NCBI GenBank assembly: GCA_963753435.1
Contig: CAVWCF010000001.1
Span: 1,120,001 to 1,184,000 of the forward strand
Reading direction: 5' to 3'
DNA from: an uncultured Actinomycetota bacterium
GTDB taxonomy: Bacteria > Actinomycetota > Actinomycetes > CAVWCF01
Length of the DNA stretch: 64,000 nucleotides
Shown here one piece after another: positions 45,243 through 54,238 of the stretch. A program made the position numbers and the translations under genes. Below the pieces are notes generated by a model. It was not told where the DNA came from. It was given only the letters and a program-made list of their open reading frames with translations, and made no database searches. How positions within the stretch are numbered: position 1 is the stretch's first letter; each line of letters starts with the position of its first letter.

Positions 45243-46142
45243 GTGAACCCCCGGGACGCCAGCCTCTTGGTGCTCCTGGCCGCGATCTTCGGTTCCTCGT
45301 TCCTGTTCATGCGGATCGCCGCGCCCGACGTCGGCCCGTTCATGGTGGCCGGTGTTCGCGTCGGCATCGCCGCTGTCGTACTGCTGGCCGTATTGGTGCT
45401 GCGGCGTGAGGTCGGCCGGCTCAAGGAGCACGCGCGTCCGCTGGCGATTGTCGGGCTGGTGTTCGTCGCCATCCCCTTCACGCTGATCTCCGCCGCCGAA
45501 CTGCACCTGACCGCTTCCCTGGCTTCGGTGCTGAACGCATTGGTCCCCGCCTGGGGAATCGTGGTCGCGGCGATCGCCTACTCCCAGCCGATAACCGCCA
45601 AACGGCTGCTGGGGGCGGCCAGCGGTCTGGTCGGCGTGGCGCTGGCCGTCGGGTTGGGCACCCTGGGGTGGTCCTGGGCGTCCGCGCTCGCGGTCGGGGC
45701 GATGCTGCTGGCGACACTCGGCTACGCGGTCGGCAGCGTCGCGGCGGCGCGACTGCTGTCCGGGGTGCCGCCGCAGGTGACGACGACCGGGTTGATGATC
45801 TCCGCGACCGCTTGGCTGGCGGTGCCGATGGCGCTCACCTGGCCGGACAGCCGACCGGAGACGGACACGATCTGGTCGCTCATCACCCTGGGCGTGCTGT
45901 GCACCGGGTTCGCGTTCGGGATCTTCTTCGTGCTGCTGGCGCGGATCGGGCCGGTGGGTTCGACGTCGGTGACGTTCCTGGCGCCGATCTTCGGGATCCT
46001 GTTCGGGGTTTTGTTCCTGTCGGAGCGGCTGAGCGCGGGCCTGTTCCTGGGCTTGCTGTTCGTGTTGACCGGCGTGGCACTGATCACGGACACCCGGTTG
46101 TCCACACTGCGCCCGACGGCCCGGCCGGGCGTTCCCGGCTAG
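45243..46142 (+). CDS. DMT/EamA family transporter
   Basis: LAAIFGSSFLFMRIA, LASVLNA, LGVLCTGFA, VTFLAPIFG; about 10 hydrophobic segments. Confidence 0.9.
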   Translation: MNPRDASLLVLLAAIFGSSFLFMRIAAPDVGPFMVAGVRVGIAAVVLLAVLVLRREVGRLKEHARPLAIVGLVFVAIPFTLISAAELHLTASLASVLNALVPAWGIVVAAIAYSQPITAKRLLGAASGLVGVALAVGLGTLGWSWASALAVGAMLLATLGYAVGSVAAARLLSGVPPQVTTTGLMISATAWLAVPMALTWPDSRPETDTIWSLITLGVLCTGFAFGIFFVLLARIGPVGSTSVTFLAPIFGILFGVLFLSERLSAGLFLGLLFVLTGVALITDTRLSTLRPTARPGVPG

Positions 46143-46254
46143 CGGGAGCGGGTCACCGGCGGCAGGACCGCTTCGATCACCCGCAGGCTCGCAACGTTCG
46201 GCAAGCCGAGCCGCGTGAGAGTGCCTCGCAGCGCCTCCGACTGCAACGTTGCGG

Positions 46255-46322
46255 CGGAAACGCAACATTCGGACCGGATCGCATCCCCTCCGGATGCGAT
46301 TGGGCTACACGGTTGCGTTCCG
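46255..46322. repeat. Bipartite palindrome downstream of the AbiEi-like gene
   Basis: CGCAAC-N14-GCATCC-N5-GGATGC-N14-GTTGCG. Confidence 0.8.
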
Positions 46323-46355
46323 ACCCTGGGGATTCACCAAGAAGCGGCCGGACAC

Positions 46356-47330
46356 TCACGCCGCCCGCCGCATCGCCGACCGGATCCGAGCGGCCACCGG
46401 CGCGAAGTCGCGATAGGCCTCATCCCAACCCCACCGGATCACGGTGAACCCCATGGCGCGCAAGTCGTCCTCACGCCGCTTCTCGGCATAAAGCACATCC
46501 GGGTCGTCGTACTTGCTGCGCCCATCGAACTCGCCGATGACGCCGCCGTCCCAAAGGAAGTCGACGCGGTACCGGCCTCGCGGCCCCTTGACCTCCACCT
46601 GCAGTTGCGGCGGTGGCAACCCCGAAGCCGCGATGGCCACCCGGCTCACGCTCTCCCCAGCGCTCTCGGCGAGCGGGCTGGCGAACGCGAAGGTTCGCCG
46701 GATCGCAGCGGCACCCTTGCCAAGCGGCTGGTCGCCCAACGAACTCCGCATAACTCGCTCGTGCAGTTGGTCCTGGCTGACGAGGCCGGCAGCGAGCAAC
46801 CCGTCAACGGTGACCACAGCCGCTCGAAGGTCACCCAGCCGGCTGACGTCGAGCGCTGTTCGCAGCGGGCTGGTCATGCGCACCGGACCATCGCTGACTT
46901 CGTCGTCGGCGAGATCGGCGCGGTGGAGGACTCGATACGGCTGACTGCGCACCCACGTGGGTCTCGTGACGTGTACTGGGCCGCCGTGGTGCAGCACCGG
47001 GACGCCGAGCAGTTCCGCGGCGCTGAAGTGGCTGGCCACCGTCGGGGCTCCGGTCACCAGCGTGACGGCGGCGATCCTGGCTCGGTGCCGCTCACCTAGG
47101 CCCCAGGCCACCCATTGGTCCGTCCCCACGTAGCCGCCGCGAACAATTGACGTCCAGTCGCCCCGGTCGACGTGCGACCTGACCTCCTTGGCGGTGAAGC
47201 CCACTGACATGGCCTGGCCGGCCGTAAACGCACCGAACTGCTGGGCGGCGATACCTGCGAGTAAGGGATCCACGCGCGCAGGCTGCCGCTGACGTGGGCT
47301 GAACGTTTCGGCCATCCACAGTCGCCGCAC
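46356..47330 (-). CDS. AbiEi-like N-terminal domain plus DUF559/Vsr-like PD-(D/E)XK domain protein
   Basis: QFGAFT...RGGY, SHFSAAELLG, TSPLRTALD, ESAGESVSR, GLPPPQLQ, RVDFLW, GEFDG..KY, EKRREDDLR, RWGW; start uncertain. Confidence 0.8.
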   Translation of the reverse strand: MRRLWMAETFSPRQRQPARVDPLLAGIAAQQFGAFTAGQAMSVGFTAKEVRSHVDRGDWTSIVRGGYVGTDQWVAWGLGERHRARIAAVTLVTGAPTVASHFSAAELLGVPVLHHGGPVHVTRPTWVRSQPYRVLHRADLADDEVSDGPVRMTSPLRTALDVSRLGDLRAAVVTVDGLLAAGLVSQDQLHERVMRSSLGDQPLGKGAAAIRRTFAFASPLAESAGESVSRVAIAASGLPPPQLQVEVKGPRGRYRVDFLWDGGVIGEFDGRSKYDDPDVLYAEKRREDDLRAMGFTVIRWGWDEAYRDFAPVAARIRSAMRRAA

Positions 47331-47342
47331 GACTCATGGGCC

Positions 47343-47402
47343 AAACGCAACATGCGCTCCGAGAAGCATCCGGGCCGGATGCGATCTGGGGCCGCCGTTG
47401 CG
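47343..47402. repeat. Bipartite palindrome upstream of the AbiEi-like gene
   Basis: Same CGCAAC-N14-GCATCC-N5-GGATGC-N14-GTTGCG layout, followed by two GGTCAGCGGKGAGGTTGCGA direct repeats (47403-47422, 47451-47470). Confidence 0.8.
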
Positions 47403-47488
47403 GGTCAGCGGTGAGGTTGCGAATCGGGGGCCGCGGGTCAGCGGGTGCCGGGTCAGCGGGGAGGTTGCGAGACGGGAGGCGTGCCCGG

Positions 47489-49132
47489 CTAGCGGGCGCG
47501 GGTGACTGGCGGCAGGACCGCTTCGATCACGCGCAATCCGTTGCCCACCGAGTCCGACAGGGCCTTGGCCAGCGACTCCGCGTCAGTCACCGCCGTGTGC
47601 GCCCACCCGGTTGCCGCGCACAGCCCGCCGATGTCGACGCCGTGCGGGGTGCCGAACAGCCGGTCGAACGCCGCCGCGTGCTGCGGTGCGCCCTGCTCCA
47701 GCAGCTTGAACAGCCCGCCGCCGGCGTTGTTGGACACAACCACGACCAGGTCGGGCCTCGGCTCGTCGGGGCCGATCGCCAGGCCGGCGGCGTCGTGCAG
47801 GAACGCCACGTCGCCGACGTAGGCGGCTGCCGGTCCCCCGCCGCGGGCCTGCCAGGACAGGGCCGCGCCGACGGCCGTGGACGTGGTGCCGTCGATCCCG
47901 GCCGCGCCCCGGTTGGCGACGACCGTGACGCCGTCACGCAACTGCGCCCAGGCCAGGTCCCGCACCGGCAGTGACGAGGCCGCCACGAGCAGCGAGCCAG
48001 CCGGCAGTGCAGCCATCACTTCGGTGGCAACGATGCGTCCGTCCCACTCGTCCAGCGAATACCGCTCGGCGCGGGCGGCGTCCGCCTCCCGCCAGGCGTT
48101 CAGCCAGGCGTCGTCGTGCGGGTGGTGGTCGCCGGGGTGCGGCACCGCGGCGTGCACACGCGACGCCAGCCGGGGCGCGTCCGGCCACCAGGGGCTCGGG
48201 GAGGCGATCTCCACGGACACACCGGGTTCGCGCATCAACCGCTGCACCGACCGCCACAGCGTCGGACGGCCCACCACGATGATCCGGTCCGGGCGGTTGG
48301 CCGACAGCCAGCGGTGGTCGTCGATGAGCAGTTGTCCCAGGCGCAGTGCGTTCGGTCCGGTGCGCGCGTTGCCGCACGGTTCGGCGATCACCGGCCAGCC
48401 GCGGCCTTCGGCGAGCAGCACGGCCGCCTGACCCCACGCGGGCGGGCAGTCGCCGACGACGACCAGGGTGCGTTCGGGCCGCGGGTCGACCGCCGGGGGT
48501 TCGGCGATCGGCGCGGAGTCCACGACCGTCCAGCGGGCGCCGCCGTCGCGGCCGTCCAAGGATTCGATCCAGTCGCCGGAGTCCGGCACCAACGGCTCGC
48601 GGAACGGCAGGTTCAGGTGCACCGGCCCGGGGTCCAGGGTGCGAGTGCCGCGCGCGGCCGCCAGGGTCCGGCAGACCAGCGAGCGCCAGTACGCGACCGA
48701 CCCGACGCGCTCCTCCGGCACACCGACCTCGTGGAAGAACCGCACCTCCGAGCCGAACAGCTGCAACTGGTCCACGGTCTGGTTGGCGCCGGCGCTGCGC
48801 AGTTCCGGGGGCCGGTCGGCGGTCATGGCGATGATCGGCACCTCGGCGTAGGAGGCCTCGGTGATGGCCGGGTGCAGGTTGGCCGCAGCGGTGCCGGAGG
48901 TGGTGACGACGGGGACCGGGGTGTCGGACAACTTCGCCAGACCCAGGGCGGTGAAGGCGGCGGCGCGTTCATCCAGGCGCACGTGCAGACGCAGCCGTCC
49001 GGCCTTGTCGGCGTCGTGCAGGGCGTAGGCGATTGGGGCCGAGCGCGACCCCGGCGCGATGACGGCCTCGCGGACCCCGCCGCGGATGAGTTCGTCGACG
49101 AGGACGCGGGCCATGGCGGTGGCTCCGTTCAC
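47489..49132 (-). CDS. menD: SEPHCHC synthase
   Basis: PGSRSAP, DERAAAF, TSGTAAANL, TADRPPEL, NRGAAGIDG, GDVAFLHD. Confidence 0.96.
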   Translation of the reverse strand: MNGATAMARVLVDELIRGGVREAVIAPGSRSAPIAYALHDADKAGRLRLHVRLDERAAAFTALGLAKLSDTPVPVVTTSGTAAANLHPAITEASYAEVPIIAMTADRPPELRSAGANQTVDQLQLFGSEVRFFHEVGVPEERVGSVAYWRSLVCRTLAAARGTRTLDPGPVHLNLPFREPLVPDSGDWIESLDGRDGGARWTVVDSAPIAEPPAVDPRPERTLVVVGDCPPAWGQAAVLLAEGRGWPVIAEPCGNARTGPNALRLGQLLIDDHRWLSANRPDRIIVVGRPTLWRSVQRLMREPGVSVEIASPSPWWPDAPRLASRVHAAVPHPGDHHPHDDAWLNAWREADAARAERYSLDEWDGRIVATEVMAALPAGSLLVAASSLPVRDLAWAQLRDGVTVVANRGAAGIDGTTSTAVGAALSWQARGGGPAAAYVGDVAFLHDAAGLAIGPDEPRPDLVVVVSNNAGGGLFKLLEQGAPQHAAAFDRLFGTPHGVDIGGLCAATGWAHTAVTDAESLAKALSDSVGNGLRVIEAVLPPVTRAR

Positions 49133-50082
49133 GACTCACCTCCGGTGAACGCCTGTACACGTATCAGTCTGTCCCGCCAGGCGGCTTCCGTCACCGGGTC
49201 TGGCGAAAGTTGTGCCAGAAGGCCCAGGTCCGGCTCGACCGGGCGCACACGCAGGACGCCGCCGGCCGGGACCAGGGGCTCGGGGGTCACGTCGGCGGCC
49301 AGCAGTGCCGCCGTGCCCAGCCCGCAGGCGAACGGCAGTTCCGGCAGCGCCGCCGCCAACGCCAGCCCGGCGGCGAGGCCGACGCTGGACTCCACCGCCG
49401 AGGACACCACGCACGGCAGGCCGATGCGTTCGGCCAGGTCCAGGCAGGCGCGCACCCCGCCCAGCGGGGCGACCTTGAGGACGACCACGTCGGCCGCGTC
49501 GAGCTCAGCCACGCGCAGCGGGTCGTCGGCGCGGCGGATCGACTCGTCCGCGGCAATCCGCACGTGCGTGTTGCGGCGCAGCGCGGCCAGCTCTTCGACG
49601 GTCGCGCACGGTTGTTCGGCGTACTCCAGGCCACCGGCAGCGCGGTCCAGGTCGCGCAGCGCGACGACCGCCTCCTCGACGGTCCACGCGCCGTTGGCGT
49701 CGACGCGGACCCGGCCGGTTGGGCCCACGGCGTCGCGCACCGCGGCCACGCGTTCGATGTCGGCGATGAGGGTCTGGCCGGGTTCGGCGACTTTGACCTT
49801 GGCGGTGGCACACCCGGCGTCGCGCGCGAGTTGCCGCGCGACCGCGGCGTCGACTGCGGGGACGATGGAGTTGACCGGCACCACGTCGCGGACCGGCTGC
49901 GGCCAGCCATCGAAAGCGGCCTCGTGCGCGGCCTGCCACCAGGGCACGCATTCGGCGTCGGCGTACTCGGTGAAAGGGGAGAACTCACCCCACCCGGCCG
50001 GGCCTTGGACCAGCACCCCTTCGCGCGCGGACAGACCCCGAAACGGCACCCGCATCGGCAGGCTGAACACGACCGGGGTCAC
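49129..50082 (-). CDS. menC: o-succinylbenzoate synthase
   Basis: GWGEFSPF, TAKVKVA, RVDANGAW, EYAEQP, ADESIR, KVAPLGG. Confidence 0.95.
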   Translation of the reverse strand: MTPVVFSLPMRVPFRGLSAREGVLVQGPAGWGEFSPFTEYADAECVPWWQAAHEAAFDGWPQPVRDVVPVNSIVPAVDAAVARQLARDAGCATAKVKVAEPGQTLIADIERVAAVRDAVGPTGRVRVDANGAWTVEEAVVALRDLDRAAGGLEYAEQPCATVEELAALRRNTHVRIAADESIRRADDPLRVAELDAADVVVLKVAPLGGVRACLDLAERIGLPCVVSSAVESSVGLAAGLALAAALPELPFACGLGTAALLAADVTPEPLVPAGGVLRVRPVEPDLGLLAQLSPDPVTEAAWRDRLIRVQAFTGGES

Positions 50083-50100
50083 CGCCGTAAGTTAGCGGCC
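50083..50100. promoter_or_regulatory. Probable bidirectional leaderless promoter for menC/menB
   Basis: TAAGTTA gives -10 TAAGTT on + (7 nt before menB GTG) and TAACTT on - (6 nt before menC GTG). Confidence 0.6.
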
Positions 50101-51021
50101 GTGACCAGCAGCGTTTCGGAGATCTTCGACCCGTCGCAGTGGCGGGAGGTCGAGGGGTTCGACTTCACCGACATCACCTATCACCGGCATGTGCGCGACG
50201 GCGCGGACGCGGGCACGGTGCGCATCGCGTTCAACCGGCCGGAGGTGCGCAACGCGTTCCGCCCGCACACGGTGGACGAGTTGTATCGCGCGCTGGATCA
50301 CGCGCGGATGACGTCGGACGTCGGGTGCGTGCTGCTCACCGGCAACGGGCCGAGCCCGAAGGACGGCGGCTGGGCGTTCTGCTCCGGTGGGGATCAGCGC
50401 ATCCGCGGCCGCGACGGCTACCGCTACGCCGAGGGCGAGACCGCCGAATCCATCGACCCGGCGCGGGCTGGGCGGCTGCACATCCTGGAGGTGCAGCGGC
50501 TGATCCGGTTCATGCCCAAGGTGGTCATCGCGGTGGTGCCCGGTTGGGCGGCCGGCGGCGGGCATTCGCTGCACGTGGTGTGCGACCTGACGCTGGCCAG
50601 CGCGGAGCACGGGCGGTTCAAGCAGACCGACCCGGCGGTCGGTTCGTTCGACGGCGGCTACGGCAGCGCGTACCTGGCCAAGATGGTGGGGCAGAAGTTC
50701 GCTCGGGAGATCTTCTTCATCGGCGCGGAGTACTCCGCCGAGCAGGCGCACCACATGGGCATGGTCAACGCCGTCGTCCCGCACGCCGAACTGGAGTCGG
50801 TGGCGCTGGAGTGGGCCGATGCCGTCAACGCCAAGTCCCCCACGGGAATCCGGATGCTGAAGTACGCGTTCAACCTGACGGATGACGGAATGGTCGGTCA
50901 GCAGGTGTTCGCCGGGGAGGCCACTCGCCTGGCGTACATGACGGACGAAGCGGCCGAGGGCCGGGACGCGTTCCTGGAGAAGCGGGACCCGGACTGGTCA
51001 CCGTTCCCCTGGTACTTCTGA
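50101..51021 (+). CDS. menB: 1,4-dihydroxy-2-naphthoyl-CoA synthase
   Basis: FNRPEVRNAFRP, FCSGGDQRIRG, AGGGHSLHVVCD, GSFDGGYG. Confidence 0.96.
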   Translation: MTSSVSEIFDPSQWREVEGFDFTDITYHRHVRDGADAGTVRIAFNRPEVRNAFRPHTVDELYRALDHARMTSDVGCVLLTGNGPSPKDGGWAFCSGGDQRIRGRDGYRYAEGETAESIDPARAGRLHILEVQRLIRFMPKVVIAVVPGWAAGGGHSLHVVCDLTLASAEHGRFKQTDPAVGSFDGGYGSAYLAKMVGQKFAREIFFIGAEYSAEQAHHMGMVNAVVPHAELESVALEWADAVNAKSPTGIRMLKYAFNLTDDGMVGQQVFAGEATRLAYMTDEAAEGRDAFLEKRDPDWSPFPWYF

Positions 51022-51067
51022 CCGCTGGCGTCCTGGCAGCCGTCAGCTTCGACGAGGAGGTCACGGC

Positions 51068-51535
51068 GTGGAGGTCAAGGAACTCGGCCACTTGGTGCTC
51101 TACGTGCGCGACCTGGATCGGTCGGTGCGCTTCTACCGCGACGTGCTCGGCTGGCGGCAGATCCTGGGCGGCGGGAACTCGCCGCTGCCGTTCCCGGCGG
51201 CGGCGTTCAACGCGCCGTCCAACCGCACCCATCACGAGTTGCTGTTGATCGAGGTGGGTGCCGACGCGACCGCGATTCCGGCGGGTCGCCGGGTGGGCAT
51301 GTATCACTTCGGGTTGAAGGTCGGCGACAGCGACGACGAGTTGCGCGAGGTGCTGGCGACGCTGCAAGCCAACGACGTACCGATCACCGGCGCCAGCGAC
51401 CACACGGTCACGCACAGCCTCTACATCGCCGACCCCGACGGCAACGAGATCGAGTTGTACGTCGACGTACCCGGTGTGGACTGGAAGTCCGATCCCGCGC
51501 TGATCGCGGCGCCGATCAGGCCGCTGCGGCTCTGA
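51068..51535 (+). CDS. VOC/glyoxalase family protein
   Basis: LGHLVLYVRDL, HHELLL, YHFGLKV, SLYIADPDGNEIELY. Confidence 0.9.
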   Translation: MEVKELGHLVLYVRDLDRSVRFYRDVLGWRQILGGGNSPLPFPAAAFNAPSNRTHHELLLIEVGADATAIPAGRRVGMYHFGLKVGDSDDELREVLATLQANDVPITGASDHTVTHSLYIADPDGNEIELYVDVPGVDWKSDPALIAAPIRPLRL

Positions 51536-51557
51536 CGCTGCGGTCTCGGCTATTGGT

Positions 51558-51581
51558 TGTCCGGGCATTTGTCCGTACAGT
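51558..51581 (+). promoter_or_regulatory. Palindromic operator and -10 box of the DUF1778-GNAT operon
   Basis: TGTCCGGGCATTTGTCCGTACA imperfect palindrome overlapping TACAGT, 6 nt before the ATG. Confidence 0.6.
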
Positions 51582-51587
51582 TCTCCC

Positions 51588-51866
51588 ATGGCCAAGACCG
51601 CCCGCCTTGAGGTGCGCCTGACCTCGGAGCTGAAGGCGCAGATCGAATCCCTGGCAGCCGAGCAGGGCGCGACGGCGAGCGACTTCGTTCGATCCGTCAT
51701 CGAGGAGCGGCTGGAGGAGTTGCTACAGCGCTCGCAGCGATACACGTTCGTCTCGCCGGAGTACTTCGACTGGCTGATGCGCTGGCTGGACGAGCCACCG
51801 GAACCCCTGCCGCCGACCATGCGCCGCGCGATGGAACGCTGGCGGCAGAACAACCCCGCCGACTGA
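51588..51866 (+). CDS. DUF1778-like RHH antitoxin (TacA/AtaR type)
   Basis: KTARLEVRLT..LK..IE..A...G...SDFV; LDEPPEP; directly upstream of a GNAT gene. Confidence 0.8.
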   Translation: MAKTARLEVRLTSELKAQIESLAAEQGATASDFVRSVIEERLEELLQRSQRYTFVSPEYFDWLMRWLDEPPEPLPPTMRRAMERWRQNNPAD

Positions 51867-51869
51867 CGG

Positions 51870-52349
51870 GTGGCGACGACCAGTCCGCTGCGTCCCGATT
51901 GCGTGCTGCGGGGCTTCGATTGCGGCGTACCCGACCTGAACACTTGGCTGGTTGCGCATGCCGAAAGATCCGAGCGCGCCCGACAGAGCCGGACGTTCGT
52001 CGCTGAGTCCGGCGGCAGAGTCGTGGGCTACTACGCCCTTGCCGCCCATGCAGTCGCTGCCAGCGACCTCCCTGCTCGGTGGCAGCGAGGGGCGCCGCGA
52101 AGCGTCCCCGCCGTGCTGTTGGCGAAGCTGGCGGTAGACCTCTCAGCGCAGGGCCATGGTCTTGGCGCGGACTTGGTCGTCGATGCGTTTCAGCGAGTCC
52201 TGTCGGCCGCCGAACAGGTCGGTACTCGCGTGCTGGTCGTGGACGCCATCGACGACTCCGCGAAGAACTTCTACTTGCGGCTCGGCTTCGTCCGCACCTC
52301 ATCTTCGCAGCGCCTTATGCAGAAGCTGAGTTGGGCGGCTCAGCGCTAG
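51870..52349 (+). CDS. GNAT-family toxin (TacT/AtaT type)
   Basis: FDCGVPDLNTWL, VVGYYAL, PAVLLAKLAVD, QGHGLG, VVDAID..AKNFY..GF. Confidence 0.85.
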   Translation: MATTSPLRPDCVLRGFDCGVPDLNTWLVAHAERSERARQSRTFVAESGGRVVGYYALAAHAVAASDLPARWQRGAPRSVPAVLLAKLAVDLSAQGHGLGADLVVDAFQRVLSAAEQVGTRVLVVDAIDDSAKNFYLRLGFVRTSSSQRLMQKLSWAAQR

Positions 52350-52361
52350 GCGACTAGAACA

Positions 52362-52682
52362 TCACCAGACCAGGCCGAGGGCGGCATGCAGGCCCTGCTC
52401 AACGCGGCGCATTGTGTCTCGCGAAACGGCGCCGGCCTCGCCGGTCACCTCGTGTCGGTAGACCACGCCGATCTCGTCACACAAGACCCGGCCCACTAGC
52501 GGGTCGAGTGGACCCAACTCGACGACAGAAGCGAGCGCGGGCTTTCGGCTCGTTGTGATCCGGACCGCGAGGAACGAGTCGAGAGCTCGATTGCGCTGAT
52601 TGCCCGATACGACCAGGAAGGGCTTGATCTCACCGACCTCGGCGATTCGGGCGAAGTAGCACCGCCCCCGAGTGGGGATCAC
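52362..52682 (-). CDS. PemK/MazF-family toxin
   Basis: RG..Y, KPFLVVSGNQRNRAL, VRITTS, MRRVEQGLHAALG. Confidence 0.82.
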   Translation of the reverse strand: MIPTRGRCYFARIAEVGEIKPFLVVSGNQRNRALDSFLAVRITTSRKPALASVVELGPLDPLVGRVLCDEIGVVYRHEVTGEAGAVSRDTMRRVEQGLHAALGLVW

Positions 52683-52981
52683 TCGGCATCGGCGAGGAAT
52701 CGACCGGCACGGCGGGCCATCGCCTCGCGGTAGGCGCGCTCCTCCGGGTCGGTTTCGTAGGAGACGGCCAACGCCGCGTACCCGTCGGCCAACATCTGTT
52801 GGTCGATCGCGCGCAGGCCGGCTCGGAAGACCGCGCTCAGGTAAGCGGCCTCGGATGTGCCCGGCAGTTCCCCCAGCAGTTCCTCAAGGGCGGCTTCGAC
52901 CGGCGATCCCCCGTCGCGAATGCGCGCCAGGTCGGACAGGTCCCGCTCAGTGAGGGGGATGGACTTGCGGACGGAGGCCAT
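52679..52981 (-). CDS. Probable antitoxin of the PemK/MazF toxin
   Basis: 100 aa, MASVRKSIPLTERDL...GYAALA; stop overlaps the toxin start; palindrome TGCTGCA-N5-TGCAGCA at 52981-52999. Confidence 0.65.
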   Translation of the reverse strand: MASVRKSIPLTERDLSDLARIRDGGSPVEAALEELLGELPGTSEAAYLSAVFRAGLRAIDQQMLADGYAALAVSYETDPEERAYREAMARRAGRFLADAE

Positions 52982-53081
52982 GCTGCAGATTGTGCAGCAG
53001 TTATTGTGGCAACGGCAAGGGGCGGGTAGTAATAGTGGACCGGGCCGCAGCCGGTTCGGTGGGCCCAGGCAGACTCCCGCC

Positions 53082-54238
53082 GTGGCAGACATCCGACCGG
53101 TCGACGCCGGTGACGCCAGCGCCCTCGCGGCGGCGCTGGCCGAGGCGCTGGACGGGTCCGGTCCGGCGGTGCTCCCGCTGCCACCGGGTCCGCGCCGGGA
53201 CACCGTGCTGGCCACCGCCGCACCCGAGCAGCCGCTCGAGGCCGACGGGATCGCCGCGGTCGTGGCCACCTCCGGTTCCACCGGTGAGCCGCGCCTGGTG
53301 CTGCTGCCCGGCCGATCGATGGTCGCCTCCGCGGAACTGACCGCCGAGCGGCTCGGCGGACCCGGGCATTGGTTGCTCGCCCTGCCAACCCACCACGTCG
53401 CGGGGTTGATGGTGCTGACGCGTGCGTTTGTCACCGGCTCCCAGGTGACCCAGGCCGACACCAGCGGCGGCTTCACCCCCGAGGCGTTCACCGCGGCGGC
53501 CGAGCAGTTGCCCGCGGGGCGCCGCTTCACCGCACTGGTCCCCACCCAACTCCGTTGGCTCCTGGAGGACGAAGCCGCGACCCAGGCGCTGGCCACCTTC
53601 GACGCGGTACTGCTCGGCGGGGCGGCCGCGCCCGGCGTGCTGTTGGGGCGGGCGGCCGAGGCCGGGGTCGACGTGGTCACCACCTACGGCATGACGGAGA
53701 CGTGCGGCGGCTGCGTCTACGACGGTTTCGGGCTTGACGGGGTGTCGGTGACCGTCAATGACGAGGACCGCGTCGTCCTATCCGGACCGACGCTGGCCGC
53801 CGGCTACCGGGGCAACCCCGGGGCGACGGCGGAGCACTTCACCGGCGCCGGGTTCGTCACCGACGACATCGGCGAACTCGACCCCGACACCGGGCGGCTG
53901 ACCGTTCTGGGCCGCGCCGACGACGTCATCAACACCGGCGGGGTCAAGGTCGCACCGGCGGTGGTGGAGGAGGCGCTGGCCGAGCACCCCGGCGTCGCGG
54001 ACGTGTGCGTCGTGGGTCGCCCGGACGACGAGTACGGGCAGGTCGTGGTGGCCGTCATCGAACCCCGCGACATCTGCCCAACCCACCCCGGCTGAACGAC
54101 CTGCGCACCTTCGCCTCGGAGTGGCTGGACGCCGCAGCGCTGCCGCGAGGCATGGTGGCGATCCGATCCCTGCCCATGTTGATCAGCGGCAAGCCGGACC
54201 GGGCCAAGATCCGGGCCGGGGTCGAGGGGCTGCAGTGA
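53082..54238 (+). CDS. menE: o-succinylbenzoate-CoA ligase (apparent frameshift ~54070)
   Basis: ATSGSTGEPR, TTYGMTET, GRADDVINTGGVKV; LPMLISGKPDR in the next frame. Confidence 0.88.

Larger units (their letters stand above)
46128..47535. mobile_element. Putative 1.35-kb inserted module bounded by a 58-bp imperfect direct repeat
   Basis: 46128-46185 matches 47478-47535 at 53 of 58 positions, offset 1350 bp; encloses one gene and two equivalent palindromes. Confidence 0.65.

Noticed and set aside
49210-50100. Long N-terminal extension of MenB (603-aa ORF)
   Set aside because: It is the antisense of menC; MenB similarity starts at 50101.
43046-54238. Absence of menH and menI from the men cluster as a novel pathway variant
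   Set aside because: These genes are often elsewhere or replaced in Actinobacteria; cannot be judged from one window.
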